The notes beneath the pieces were generated by a model. It ran no database searches. It was given only the letters and a program-made list of their open reading frames with translations, and was not told the origin of the DNA. The position numbers and the translations under genes are program-made. Of a DNA stretch of 46,843 bases, positions 17,087-26,461 are shown in pieces. How positions within the stretch are numbered: the stretch's first letter is position 1; every line of letters begins with the position of its first letter. Source of the DNA: Anaerolineae bacterium (lineage in GTDB: Bacteria; Chloroflexota; Anaerolineae; DRVO01); the NCBI GenBank assembly GCA_028275325.1, contig JAPWUW010000001.1, positions 1 through 46,843 on the forward strand, written 5' to 3'.

Positions 17087-18024
17087 GTGGCCTGGGCCCC
17101 ATAGCCCTTATCTTCCCAGGCCAGGGCTGCCAGCACGTGGGCATGGGGGCGGATCTTGCTGCGGCCTTCCCGGAAGCGCGTGCCGCCTTTGCGGAAGCAG
17201 ATGAGGCCCTTGGCGAGCCGCTCTCGCAGCTTATGTTCCATGGGCCAGAGGACGCGCTGGCGCGCACGGCAAACTCCCAGCCTGCTATCCTCGCCCACAG
17301 CGTTGCCCTCTGGCTCGCGCTGAAGAACCGGCTGCGCGTGCAGCCAGTGGCCGCTGCCGGGCACAGCCTCGGCGAGTACAGCGCGCTGGTGGCCGCCGGG
17401 GCCCTTGGCTACGCGGAGGCCCTGCGGCTTGTCCGCCTGCGGGCCCAGCTGATGGAGGCTGCCGCCCCTGGAACCGGCATGCTCGCCATCCTCGGCCTGG
17501 AGCTGGAGGCTGTACAGCAGCTGTGCGAGCATGCCGCACGGGATGGCGAATTGGCCGCAGTTGCCAACTACAATTGCCCCGGCCAGGTCGTCGTGGGCGG
17601 GCACATTGCGGCGCTGGAACGGCTTTGCGCTCTTGCAAGCGCTGCTGGCGCAAGGAAGGTGCTGCGCTTGCCCATTTCCGTGGCCTCTCACACTCCTCTC
17701 CTCGCTCCAGCAGCCGCCGCGCTTGCCGAGCGGCTCGCTTCCCTGCCGCTGGGGGAGGCCCGGTTCCCGGTGGTTGGCAACGCACTGCGCCGGCCACTGC
17801 GCGCGAGCGCCGAAATCCGCGAGGAGCTCGTGGCGCAACTCGTTCGGCCAGTCGATTGGCCCGCCTGTGTGGCCGGCCTTGCCGGCCTGGGCGCTGGGGA
17901 GTTTTGGGAGCTGGGCCCAAAGCCAGTGCTGAGTGGCCTTTGCCGGCGCATCCCTTCTTGCCCACCAGCCCGCGCCATCACCGCCGCGCAGGAGCTAGAG
18001 GAGCTCCTGCGGATGTTTTCTTGA
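17083..18024 (+). CDS. fabD: Malonyl-CoA:ACP transacylase
   Basis: IALIFPGQGCQHVGMG...TANSQPAILAHSVA...AAGHSLGEYSALVAAGAL...VASHTPLL. A TTG start at 17083 overlaps the fabK stop (TTGA). Confidence 0.9.
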   Translation: MSGLGPIALIFPGQGCQHVGMGADLAAAFPEARAAFAEADEALGEPLSQLMFHGPEDALARTANSQPAILAHSVALWLALKNRLRVQPVAAAGHSLGEYSALVAAGALGYAEALRLVRLRAQLMEAAAPGTGMLAILGLELEAVQQLCEHAARDGELAAVANYNCPGQVVVGGHIAALERLCALASAAGARKVLRLPISVASHTPLLAPAAAALAERLASLPLGEARFPVVGNALRRPLRASAEIREELVAQLVRPVDWPACVAGLAGLGAGEFWELGPKPVLSGLCRRIPSCPPARAITAAQELEELLRMFS

Positions 18025-18035
18025 GGAGTGTTGCT

Positions 18036-18788
18036 GTGAGCACTTCGCTGGAAGGCAGAGTTGCCCTTGTTACTGGGGCATCGCGCGGAATCGGCCGCGC
18101 CACAGCGCTCATGCTTGCCGCACGCGGGGCCGATGTCGCCGTCAACTACAAGTCCAATCGTGCCGCGGCCGAGGACGTGCAACGGCAGATCGAAGCACTC
18201 GGCAGGCGCTGCGTCCTTTTGCCCGCCGATGTGGCCGATTTCGCGCAGGCGACGGCACTTGTGCAGCAGGCGGTGGAGCAACTGGGGCGTCTGGACATAC
18301 TGGTGAACAATGCCGGCCTCACGCGCGATAACCTCATCGTGCGGCTGCGCGAAGAGGATTGGGATATTGTCGTCGACACAATTCTCAAGGGTGCCTTCGC
18401 CTGCAGCCGCGCCGCAGTGCGGTATATGATGCGGGAGCGCTACGGCCGCATCATCAACATTGGCTCGGTCTCCGGGCTGGGTGGCAACGCCGGCCAGACG
18501 AATTACGCCGCGGCCAAGGCCGGCCTCATTGGCCTTACGAAGGCGCTTGCCAAGGAGGTCGGCTCACGCAACATCACCGTTAACCTCATCGCCCCCGGGT
18601 TCATCGAGACGGATCTCACCGCTTCCTTGCCGGAGACTATGGTGAGCGAGATCCTGCGGCTTACGCCGCTGGGGCGTTTGGGCAAGCCGGAGGACGTTGC
18701 CGCTGCGGTTTGTTACCTGGCCTCAGAGGAAGCAAGCTTCATCACCGGCCAGGTGCTCAGTGTTGACGGTGGGCTGCTCATGCAGTAG
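18036..18788 (+). CDS. fabG: 3-oxoacyl-[ACP] reductase (SDR)
   Basis: LEGRVALVTGASRGIGRA...NNAG...NIGSVSG...NYAAAKAG...ITVNLIAPGFIETD. GTG start at 18036 with GAGGAG upstream. Confidence 0.92.
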   Translation: MSTSLEGRVALVTGASRGIGRATALMLAARGADVAVNYKSNRAAAEDVQRQIEALGRRCVLLPADVADFAQATALVQQAVEQLGRLDILVNNAGLTRDNLIVRLREEDWDIVVDTILKGAFACSRAAVRYMMRERYGRIINIGSVSGLGGNAGQTNYAAAKAGLIGLTKALAKEVGSRNITVNLIAPGFIETDLTASLPETMVSEILRLTPLGRLGKPEDVAAAVCYLASEEASFITGQVLSVDGGLLMQ

Positions 18789-18810
18789 TATTTGCTGAGG
18801 GAGGCCGCCC

Positions 18811-19155
18811 TTGCCCTCGGCAGAAGATCGCATCGTCGTCCATCCTCGAGTGCTTGCCACTATAGCATCTCTTGCCGCCCTATCGGTTCCGGGTGTGGCA
18901 AGGCTCCGTTCCCGTCGGCTCGCCTTCCCGTTGCGGCTGCTGTGGCCAATGGCCGGCCGGGCGGTGCGGCTGCGGGTGGATGACCATGCGGTATTCGTCG
19001 ACCTGCACCTGATCCTGAACGCTGGCTACAGCCTGCTTGAGGTGAGCCGGAAGGTGCAGGAGGCAGTGGCTCGCACAATCGAGGAGATGACTGATATGCG
19101 GGTGCTGCAGGTGAATGTGCACATCGAGGGCGTGCGCTCAGCAACTTATTCCTAG
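18811..19155 (+). CDS. Asp23/Gls24-family envelope stress protein (DUF322)
   Basis: [26 protein letters not shown]...[46 protein letters not shown]. Typical position upstream of nusB. TTG start with GAGGGAGG 6 nt upstream. Confidence 0.8.
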   Translation: MPSAEDRIVVHPRVLATIASLAALSVPGVARLRSRRLAFPLRLLWPMAGRAVRLRVDDHAVFVDLHLILNAGYSLLEVSRKVQEAVARTIEEMTDMRVLQVNVHIEGVRSATYS

Positions 19156-19172
19156 GCTCCACTCGAGGAGGC

Positions 19173-19613
19173 ATGAAACCGCGGCGCAGGGCACGCGCAT
19201 TGGCTCTGGAAGTGCTTTACGAAGGCCAGGTTGCCGGCCACCAGCCGCTTGCTGTCCTGAACCGGCGCCTTCAGGAGGAGGTGTATCCGCCTGAGGTGGC
19301 GGAATTCGCACGCCAGCTCGTGAGCGGCGTGGTCAAGCACCAGGAGGAGATCGACGGCCTCATCCAGCAGTTTGCGCCCGAATATCCGCTCGAGCAGGTC
19401 TCGCCTGTTGACATCTCTGCCCTGCGCATCGGCATATACGAGCTCTTACATGGGGATTCGAGCCCTAAAGTGGCCATCAACGAGGCGGTGGAGCTGGCCA
19501 AACGATATGGCAGCGAGGGTTCAAGCCGCTTTGTCAACGGCGTCCTTGGAGCCATCGTCCGCCAGAGCCCATTTGCGGCCTCGGAGGCTCTTGAGCCAGG
19601 GAGGATGAGGTGA
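19173..19613 (+). CDS. nusB: Transcription antitermination factor NusB
   Basis: [14 protein letters not shown]...[11 protein letters not shown]...[31 protein letters not shown]. Confidence 0.92.
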   Translation: MKPRRRARALALEVLYEGQVAGHQPLAVLNRRLQEEVYPPEVAEFARQLVSGVVKHQEEIDGLIQQFAPEYPLEQVSPVDISALRIGIYELLHGDSSPKVAINEAVELAKRYGSEGSSRFVNGVLGAIVRQSPFAASEALEPGRMR

Positions 19614-20392
19614 ACTTCTTCAACATCGGCGCCGGCGAGTTCTTTCTCATCCTGATCTTGGCCATGCTCATTTTCGGGCCGCAGCGGCTGCCAGAGCTTG
19701 CCCGCAAGGCGGGCAAGGCCGTGCGCGACCTGCGCAACTGGGTCAATAGCATCGACCCAGAGCTCCTGGAGGATTTCCGCGAGCTCACGCGCGATCTGGA
19801 CACCGTCCGCTCGGAGATGGCCAACATTCGTGCCGACATGGCGGACATCCAGCGGGATCTGGCAGGGGCAGCGAGGGATCTTTCCACAAGCGTGAACGAG
19901 GCCGTCTCCTCAATAAACAGGCCGCAGGCGGGCTCAACTGGGGCCACTTTCAGCACACCGCCTGCCCTCTCAGCGAGCACCGTCGCCACAGCTGCTGTCA
20001 CCAGCAGCGTCGCCGCCAGTGCGCCGGCGGGTGCCCCAAGCAGCGCAACTGCGCCCGCCTCAAGTGGCACTCCCTACGCAGGAGCTGCCGCAAGCCAAAG
20101 CTCGCCGGTGGCGGGTATAGCAGTGGGCGAGGAGCTACTGGGGCAGAAAATCCTGCTCGGGCCAGATGGCAAGCGCCAGTGGGATGAAATCCTTGGCCGC
20201 AAGACCTTCCCGCTGCCGAGGCGGGCAGCTGCCGCCCGGCCGCTGCTGAGCGTCGATGGTCACAGGGGCACCAGCCTGCGCCCTGCCCAGCTGGCTCGTC
20301 GCCTGCGCCTCCGGCCGCAGGCAGCGCGGCGCCTGGCCGTCGCCAGCCGCCATGTCCGGCGCCCGCTTCACAGGAGGCTGATGCGTGGCTGA
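19610..20392 (+). CDS. TatA/TatB-family Sec-independent translocase subunit with a long low-complexity C-terminal extension
   Basis: [41 protein letters not shown] is the TatA/B TM helix plus amphipathic helix. GTG start overlaps the nusB stop (GTGA), with GGGAGG 5 nt upstream. The remaining ~200 aa are Ala/Ser-rich and then Arg-rich. Confidence 0.75.
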   Translation: MNFFNIGAGEFFLILILAMLIFGPQRLPELARKAGKAVRDLRNWVNSIDPELLEDFRELTRDLDTVRSEMANIRADMADIQRDLAGAARDLSTSVNEAVSSINRPQAGSTGATFSTPPALSASTVATAAVTSSVAASAPAGAPSSATAPASSGTPYAGAAASQSSPVAGIAVGEELLGQKILLGPDGKRQWDEILGRKTFPLPRRAAAARPLLSVDGHRGTSLRPAQLARRLRLRPQAARRLAVASRHVRRPLHRRLMRG

Positions 20393-21149
20393 GACAAGCA
20401 AGCAACTGGTTGCCACTAAGCCAAAGAAAGAATTGCCGCGGGAGGAAGCTGAGCTCGGGGCCGAGATGACCCTGATGGAGCACCTTCTTGAGCTGCGCGA
20501 TCGGCTCATGAAGGCAGTGCTTGCGCTCGCCGTCGGGACGGTGGTGGGCTTCATCTTCGCCCGGCCCGTCTTCATGTTGCTCATCCGCCCGCTTGGCGAG
20601 AGAGCCGATATAATCGCCCTCTCCCCAACCGATTCCATCTTCATGTTCTTCAAGGTGGCCCTCATACTTGGCGTGATAATGGCCATGCCTGTGATCCTGT
20701 ATCAGGTCGTGATGTTCATCCTGCCCGGCCTCTACCCGCACGAGCGACGTTACCTCTACTACCTCCTGCCGGGAGCCACTATCTCCTTCGGCCTCGGTGC
20801 TGTCTTTGCGGCGCTCATAGTGGTGCCCTTTTCTATCCGCTACCTCAGCGGCTTCATGGCCGATATCATTAGGCCCAACTACCAGGTCCAATCCTATATC
20901 GGCTTTGTCACCTCGCTCATGTTCTGGATCGGCGTCGTGTTTGAGATGCCGCTTGTCGTCTACTTCCTCAGCAAGCTGGGGATTATCAGCCACAAGCAGC
21001 TTGCGGGCGCGCGCCGCTACGCCATCGTCATCATTGCTGTGCTGGCTGCGGTGATCACGCCCACGCCAGACCCTGTGACAATGACGCTCGTCATGGCGCC
21101 GCTCATCATGCTCTATGAGGCCGGGGTTCAGCTCGCCCGGCTGGCCTAG
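20385..21149 (+). CDS. tatC: Twin-arginine translocase subunit TatC
   Basis: MTLMEHLLELRDRLMK..., six TM helices, ...LPGLYPHERRY..., ...ITPTPDPVTM.... GTG at 20385 with AGGAGG 7 nt upstream. An internal ATG at 20466 is an alternative start. Confidence 0.9.
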   Translation: MAETSKQLVATKPKKELPREEAELGAEMTLMEHLLELRDRLMKAVLALAVGTVVGFIFARPVFMLLIRPLGERADIIALSPTDSIFMFFKVALILGVIMAMPVILYQVVMFILPGLYPHERRYLYYLLPGATISFGLGAVFAALIVVPFSIRYLSGFMADIIRPNYQVQSYIGFVTSLMFWIGVVFEMPLVVYFLSKLGIISHKQLAGARRYAIVIIAVLAAVITPTPDPVTMTLVMAPLIMLYEAGVQLARLA

Positions 21150-21195
21150 TGCTCCAGGAAGTGCCTCCTGTGCCCCATCGTCGGAGGAACAAAGC

Positions 21196-22554
21196 ATGGC
21201 CTCAACACCAAGAAAGGTGATCATCCTCGGCGCTGCCGGCCGGGATTTCCACGTCTTCAATGTGGCCTTTCGCGAAGATCCCACGGTGCGCGTCGTCGCC
21301 TTCACGGCGACGCAGATCCCCAACATCAGCAACCGCCGCCTTCCGCCCGAGCTGGCTGGGCCGCTCTACCCGGAGGGGATACCCATCTACCCCGAGGAGC
21401 AGCTTGAGGAGATAATCAAGCGCACCGAGGCGGATGAGGCCATCTTCGCCTACAGCGATGTCTCCCATGAGCACGTCATGCATGTGGCCAGCCGCTGCCT
21501 AGCCGCCGGGATCGATTTCCGGCTCATGGGCATGAAGAGCACCGCGTTGCGGGCGCGCAAGCCTGTGGTTTCCGTCTGCGCCGCGCGTACCGGCTCCGGC
21601 AAGAGCCAGACGACAAGGCGAGTCTGCGATATCCTCACGGCCTGGGGAAGGCGGCTTGTGGTTGTGCGGCACCCCATGCCGTACGGTGATCTTTCCCGGC
21701 AGCGCGTGCAGCGCTTTGCCAGCCTGAATGACCTCGATGAGTACGAGTGCACAATCGAGGAGCGCGAGGAGTACGAGCCGCACATCGAGCGCGGGCACAC
21801 GGTCTACGCCGGCGTCGACTACGTGGCCATCCTGGAGCAGGCTCAGGCCGAGGCGGATATCATCGTCTGGGATGGCGGGAACAACGACCTGCCGTTCTTC
21901 TGGCCAGACCTGCATATCGTGGTCGTGGATCCTTTGCGGCCGGGACACGAGCTGCGCTTCCACCCCGGGGAGGCAAACCTGCGCATGGCCGACTGCGTCG
22001 TCATAAACAAGGTCGATTCGGCGACGCGCGACGATATCGACCAGGTGCGCGAGAACATCGTTTCCGTCAACCCGCGCGCAACCATCATCGAAGCCGCCTC
22101 TCCAATCGCCGTCGATAACCCGGCTGCCATCCGCGGCAAGCGCGTGCTCGTCGTGGAAGATGGCCCCACGATCACTCATGGCGGCATGTCGTTCGGCGCT
22201 GGCGTCGTCGCTGCCCGTCGCTTCGGCGCTGCCGAGATCATCGATCCAAGGCCATATGCTGTCGGCTCCATTGCCGAGACCTTCCGTCGCTACCCGAACC
22301 TCAACCGCAGCTTGCCAGCCATGGGCTACGGGCCAGAGCAGATCCGGGAGCTGCAGGCGACGATCGAGCGCATCCCATGTGACCTCATCATCGTGGCGAC
22401 GCCAATAGACCTTGCGCGCGTCCTGCAGGTGGATAGGCCTATCCAGCGCGTGCGCTATGAGCTGCAGGAGATAGGTCAGCCCACGCTTGCGGACGTTCTG
22501 GGGCCTCTGGCGCGAATCCGCCCTCGCCGCGAGAAAGATCCAGCGCTGGAGTGA
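21196..22554 (+). CDS. COG2403-type P-loop NTPase (annotated in databases as cyclic 2,3-diphosphoglycerate synthetase-like / predicted GTPase)
   Basis: [59 protein letters not shown]..., Walker [38 protein letters not shown] at 21196 after GGAGGAACAAAGC. Confidence 0.7.
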   Translation: MASTPRKVIILGAAGRDFHVFNVAFREDPTVRVVAFTATQIPNISNRRLPPELAGPLYPEGIPIYPEEQLEEIIKRTEADEAIFAYSDVSHEHVMHVASRCLAAGIDFRLMGMKSTALRARKPVVSVCAARTGSGKSQTTRRVCDILTAWGRRLVVVRHPMPYGDLSRQRVQRFASLNDLDEYECTIEEREEYEPHIERGHTVYAGVDYVAILEQAQAEADIIVWDGGNNDLPFFWPDLHIVVVDPLRPGHELRFHPGEANLRMADCVVINKVDSATRDDIDQVRENIVSVNPRATIIEAASPIAVDNPAAIRGKRVLVVEDGPTITHGGMSFGAGVVAARRFGAAEIIDPRPYAVGSIAETFRRYPNLNRSLPAMGYGPEQIRELQATIERIPCDLIIVATPIDLARVLQVDRPIQRVRYELQEIGQPTLADVLGPLARIRPRREKDPALE

Positions 22555-22574
22555 GCCAGCTAGGAGGTGCCGCC

Positions 22575-23099
22575 ATGGCTAGCAATGAGCACAGCCCCCT
22601 CGTGGACCTTGCCAGGCGCACGATCGAGCATTACGTGCGCACAGGCAGGGTGCTCGCGCCGCCAGAAGAGCTCCCACCTGAGATGCAAGGCCGAGCTGGG
22701 GTGTTCGTCTCCATCCACAAGAAAGATGGCAGCCTCCGCGGCTGCATCGGCACCTTTGAGCCTACGCAGAGCAACATCGCCCTGGAAATCATCCAGAACG
22801 CCATCAGCGCCGCCACTCGAGACCCTCGTTTTCCGCCGATCACGGAAGACGAGCTGGATGACCTGCAGATCTCAGTCGACGTGCTCTCCAAGCCCGAGAG
22901 GGTCAACTCTCTGGAGGAGCTTGACCCGAAGAAATATGGTGTGATTGTCCAGAGTGGCTGGCGGCGAGGGTTGCTCCTGCCGGATCTGGAAGGCGTGGAT
23001 ACAGTCGAGCAGCAGGTGGCGATCGCCATGCGCAAGGCCGGGATCGCTCCTGGAGAGCCGGTACAACTCTACCGCTTCACCGTGAAGCGCTACCACTAG
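22575..23099 (+). CDS. AMMECR1-domain protein (AmmeMemoRadiSam system protein A family)
   Basis: [22 protein letters not shown]...[14 protein letters not shown]...[12 protein letters not shown]...[28 protein letters not shown] lies 7 nt upstream of the ATG at 22575. The track ORF begins at 22551. Confidence 0.85.
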   Translation: MASNEHSPLVDLARRTIEHYVRTGRVLAPPEELPPEMQGRAGVFVSIHKKDGSLRGCIGTFEPTQSNIALEIIQNAISAATRDPRFPPITEDELDDLQISVDVLSKPERVNSLEELDPKKYGVIVQSGWRRGLLLPDLEGVDTVEQQVAIAMRKAGIAPGEPVQLYRFTVKRYH

Positions 23100-23682
23100 C
23101 CCGCAGCAAGCGCTCTGAGAGCAGCCCTAAGTAGGGCAGGTTGCGGAATCGCTCGCGAAAATCCAGCCCGTAGCCGATCAGGAAGCCCTCTTCCAGCGTG
23201 AAGCCGCGGTAAGCAATCGGCAGCTCCACAAGCCGCCGGCGGGGGATGTCCACCAGCGCACAGATGCGCAGGCTTGCTGGCTGGCGGGAGGCAAGCGTCC
23301 GCAGGATGAAATGCAGCGTTAGCCCCGTGTCGATGATGTCCTCCACGAAGAGGACATGCCGCCCTGTGATGCTGAGCTCCAGGTCCTTGAGGATCCGCAC
23401 TACGCCCTGAGTCTTCGTCGTGGGGCCGTAACGGGAAATGGCCAGGAAATCGACCTCAAGAGGGATCGGCGTGGCCCGCACCAGATCCGCCATGAAGATG
23501 AAAGTGCCCTTCAGAATGCCAATGAAGATGGGGTTCAGCCCTTCGTAATCCCGCGCGAGCTCTGCGCCGAGCTCCTGAACGCGCGCAGCTATCTGCTCCG
23601 GGGTGAGGACAACCCGATCGACAACCCCTTCGCCCAGCTGTTCGGCACCCCTATGGCTCAGCATCGGCCGGGTCGAAGCCAT
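23077..23682 (-). CDS. hpt: Hypoxanthine-guanine phosphoribosyltransferase
   Basis: [18 protein letters not shown]...[12 protein letters not shown]...[17 protein letters not shown] (PRPP motif) ...YRGF...[19 protein letters not shown]. The start may instead be the ATG at 23664. Its 3' end overlaps the AMMECR1 gene by 23 nt in convergent orientation. Confidence 0.9.
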   Translation of the reverse strand: MASTRPMLSHRGAEQLGEGVVDRVVLTPEQIAARVQELGAELARDYEGLNPIFIGILKGTFIFMADLVRATPIPLEVDFLAISRYGPTTKTQGVVRILKDLELSITGRHVLFVEDIIDTGLTLHFILRTLASRQPASLRICALVDIPRRRLVELPIAYRGFTLEEGFLIGYGLDFRERFRNLPYLGLLSERLLRASGSASR

Positions 23683-24016
23683 ACTTGGCCAGGAGCTCCT
23701 GATAATCCCGCCGGTAGAGGAGCTTGATGCGCACCTGCGGGTACAGCTCGCGCAGCCGCCGCAGCTTACGGTGCTTGCGGCCGATAAGCGATTGCTTCAT
23801 CGTCGTGAGCTCCACGTACAGATCCTGCTCTGGGAGGTAGAAATCCGGGGTGAAAGCCTCGAGCACCTGCCCATCTGGCCCCCAGCGCAAGGGGAAGGAG
23901 TGCGGCTCATATTGCCAGGCGATGCCGTAGTAATCGAGCAGCCGGGCAAATTCCTCCTCGCTCCTGTTGGCAAAGGCGATCTCCCCCCGCTTCGTCAGTA
24001 GCTCTTCTGCCGCCAA
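23651..24016 (-). CDS. Hypothetical protein, 121 aa, with a PD-(D/E)xK-like motif
   Basis: TTG start with GGGGAGATAGGG upstream. Third-codon positions are strongly G/C, like the neighbouring real genes. The FTPDFYLPEQDLYVELTTMK segment resembles a restriction-endonuclease-like core. I cannot name a family. Confidence 0.5.
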   Translation of the reverse strand: MAAEELLTKRGEIAFANRSEEEFARLLDYYGIAWQYEPHSFPLRWGPDGQVLEAFTPDFYLPEQDLYVELTTMKQSLIGRKHRKLRRLRELYPQVRIKLLYRRDYQELLAKYGFDPADAEP

Positions 24017-24120
24017 GCCCTATCTCCCCTGAACAAGGCAAAGAACTGCCCAAGATCTTAGCGTGGCACGGCCGCGGGCGCCAACAGCCACCGGCGAAAC
24101 GACCGCCCAGCAAGCTGGCT

Positions 24121-25221
24121 TCACCTTTCCATGGCAGCAAAAGCCTCCTCCAGCGCGCCGAAAACCGGCACACCCCACTCTGCCATCAGCCCAGAAGGCG
24201 CCGCTGGCTCCCCCGTGACGACGCAAGCCTCAACCCCTTCCCCAATCAGGTACCGCAGCAGCGGCAGCACGGCAGGCAGCACCTGTGAGCCCCCCGGAAT
24301 GTAGCTGAAGTCGAGGACAAAGCGCCTGAAACCAGCTGCCCGAAAATCCAGGATCGCATCCCGCAGGCGCTGCATGGCGGCAGCCCTTTCCAGCGCTACC
24401 ACAACCAGGACAACTATGCCGCCGTGCAGGCGCGCAAAGGATATGCGGGGCTGGCCAAGGCTTTCCATGAGCTTGGCAAGCTCCTGCCTTGTCGCCGGCA
24501 CCTCCAGGACGGCGTCGAAGCCGGAACCCAATAGCTCTGCCCGCTCCCGCGCACTCGCGCCTCGGCCAAGCAGCCCTACGAGGTACACCTCCCGCACGGC
24601 CTCCTGCGCGCGCAGCCGAGCCACCACAACCTCAGCTTGCGGCGCCGACGCCCAAAGCAGGACGGCACGTGGCCTGTGCTCAGCCACAGCCGCCCAGGCT
24701 TCCAGATCGTTGTGCACGAGGATAACCTGCCCGTAGCGCATGAGGTACCGCAGGAGCAGCCGCACTTCCAGCGTCTCTGGCGCAAGCACAACGAAGCAAG
24801 GCGCCTCAGCTCGCGCCGCCTCCGCCCCGGCCACGGCTTCGGCCGACAAGGCCCGCTCGCGCGCGAGGGCCTTCTCCACCCTCTCCAGCAGCAAGTGCGG
24901 CGCAAATGGCTTGACGACGTAATCAGCAGCGCCGCAGGCGATGAGCGATTGCACCCGGCTTGCCGCGCTCACGGCAGTGAGCACAATCACGGGGATGTCC
25001 CTTGTCTCGGGCAGGCTCTTTAGCCGCCGCAAAGTCTCGTACCCATCCAGCGTGGGCATCATGACATCCAGGAGGATGACGTCCGGCTGCTTCTGCCAAG
25101 CCTGGCGCAGCCCATCGAGCCCATCCACGGCCTGCAACACCTCGTGGTTGGCTTGCGCCAGGAGGAAGCGCAACATCTCCCTCAAATCTGGGTCGTCGTC
25201 AATGACCAGGATCTTTGCCAT
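24121..25221 (-). CDS. Response regulator: intact REC domain + degenerate (pseudo) REC-like domain + STAS-like C-terminal domain
   Basis: REC1: KILVIDDD...DVILLDVMMP...IPVIVLTA...DYVVKPF has all phospho-acceptor pocket residues. Region 2 (approx aa 140-250) has REC-like beta/alpha periodicity, but LLWASAP replaces LLD..MP and VLEVP replaces ..KP. The C-terminus ...FVLDFSYIPGGSQVLPAVLPLLRYL...ACVVTGEP...VPVFGALEEA is SpoIIAA/STAS-like. Confidence 0.8.
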   Translation of the reverse strand: MAKILVIDDDPDLREMLRFLLAQANHEVLQAVDGLDGLRQAWQKQPDVILLDVMMPTLDGYETLRRLKSLPETRDIPVIVLTAVSAASRVQSLIACGAADYVVKPFAPHLLLERVEKALARERALSAEAVAGAEAARAEAPCFVVLAPETLEVRLLLRYLMRYGQVILVHNDLEAWAAVAEHRPRAVLLWASAPQAEVVVARLRAQEAVREVYLVGLLGRGASARERAELLGSGFDAVLEVPATRQELAKLMESLGQPRISFARLHGGIVVLVVVALERAAAMQRLRDAILDFRAAGFRRFVLDFSYIPGGSQVLPAVLPLLRYLIGEGVEACVVTGEPAAPSGLMAEWGVPVFGALEEAFAAMER

Positions 25222-25538
25222 CTGTTGCCACTAGCTAAGCGGGATTGCTGCCCTTGCTTCCCAGGGCCAGCTTGCGGCGATAGTAAAGGGGATCCGCCAT
25301 CGCTGTCAAGAGTGTGCGGCCAGGGCTCCTCAAGGCTCCTAGCAAGCCTGCGTCTCAGGCCTGGCTGCATACCAGGCCCTGCCGCCCCTCCGGCTGCGCT
25401 CCTTTGCCGATATTGCCTGCCACCGGTGTGCAGCTGGGCCAAGCTGCAATGCAACACAGGCCCGTGCTTCCAGGCCACAAAGAGAACGAATGCGTACATA
25501 AGCTCGCCTGAAGTGATCGGGAATGAGCGCGATTTGAT

Positions 25539-25567
25539 TTGACTTTGTTCGCAGGCCGTGCTACATT
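25539..25567 (+). promoter_or_regulatory. Candidate sigma70 promoter of the DeoR-led operon (-35 TTGACT, 17-nt spacer, -10 TACATT)
   Basis: TTGACT at 25539-25544 and TACATT at 25562-25567, about 20 nt upstream of the annotated start. Overlapping ATTTGATTTGA direct repeats may be an operator. Confidence 0.4.
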
Positions 25568-25585
25568 CGGTTTGTACATGCATGG

Positions 25586-26461
25586 ATGCAGGTGAGGGAG
25601 GTGGCGCGCAACCTGTTGAAGGGAGAGCGTCAGGAGCAACTTCTGGCCACTCTGCGTCGGCGTGGGTATGCCTCGGTTGCCGCCCTGGCCGCCGAGCTGA
25701 GGGTGAGCGAGGTCACCATCCGGCGGGATCTGGCTGAGCTCGAGGCCGCAGGCAAGCTCGAGCGCGTCCATGGTGGTGCTCGCTTCCCCCAGCCAAGGGA
25801 ACCAGAGCCGCCAGTGGTCCAGCGCATGGCGCTGCAGGCGGACGAAAAGCGCGCCATTGCGGATCTTGCCCTCTCGCTCGTCAAGGATGGCGATGTCATT
25901 GCCATTGAATCCGGTTCGACGACGATCGAGTTCGCCAGGGCGCTTGCCTCGCGTGCCTGGCGCTCTCTCACCGTGGTTACCAACAGCTTCCCCGTCGTGA
26001 ACGAGCTCATCGCCCTGCCCAACCTCCGGCTTGTCTTCATCGGTGGCATCGCCTACTACGAGGAGATGGGCACATTTGGCAGCCCGGCGGAGAGCATGCT
26101 GCAGTTCATGAAGGTCGACAAGGCATTTGTCACCTGCCGGGGGATCGAGGCCAATGTCGGCCTGACGAACGATCCGGCGGCCGAGCACTCGTTTGGCTTC
26201 GAGCGCGCTCTCGTGCGTGCCGCCCGGCGGGTTATCGTCCTTGCCGATCACACCAAGCTTGGCCGCGTATACCTCCTGCAATCCGTCCCCATAGAGGAGA
26301 TCGACACCCTCGTGACCACCGATCTGGCCACCTCTGAGGATCTGGAGCCCTTCCGGGCGAAGGGCGTGGAGGTGCTCGTGGCCCCGGTGCAGGGGGTCCT
26401 TGCCCTAGAAGCTGGCAGCACAGCATCAATGCAGCCAAGGAGCGAAATGCCATGGCGGTAG
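25586..26461 (+). CDS. DeoR/GlpR-family transcriptional regulator
   Basis: ERQEQLLATLRRRGYASVAALAAELRVSEVTIRRDLAELEAAGKLERVHGGA is the DeoR HTH, followed by a DeoR C-terminal sensor domain (IAIESGSTT..., TNS..., FIGGI...). The start is uncertain: ATG 25586, or TTG 25616. The 3' end overlaps the next gene by 10 nt. Confidence 0.85.
   Translation: MQVREVARNLLKGERQEQLLATLRRRGYASVAALAAELRVSEVTIRRDLAELEAAGKLERVHGGARFPQPREPEPPVVQRMALQADEKRAIADLALSLVKDGDVIAIESGSTTIEFARALASRAWRSLTVVTNSFPVVNELIALPNLRLVFIGGIAYYEEMGTFGSPAESMLQFMKVDKAFVTCRGIEANVGLTNDPAAEHSFGFERALVRAARRVIVLADHTKLGRVYLLQSVPIEEIDTLVTTDLATSEDLEPFRAKGVEVLVAPVQGVLALEAGSTASMQPRSEMPWR

Noticed and set aside
22551-22574. GTG start at 22551 for the AMMECR1 gene, overlapping the upstream stop
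   Set aside because: An AGGAGG lies inside this extension, 7 nt upstream of the ATG at 22575, which gives a typical AMMECR1 N-terminus. The shorter model is preferred, although the longer one cannot be excluded.
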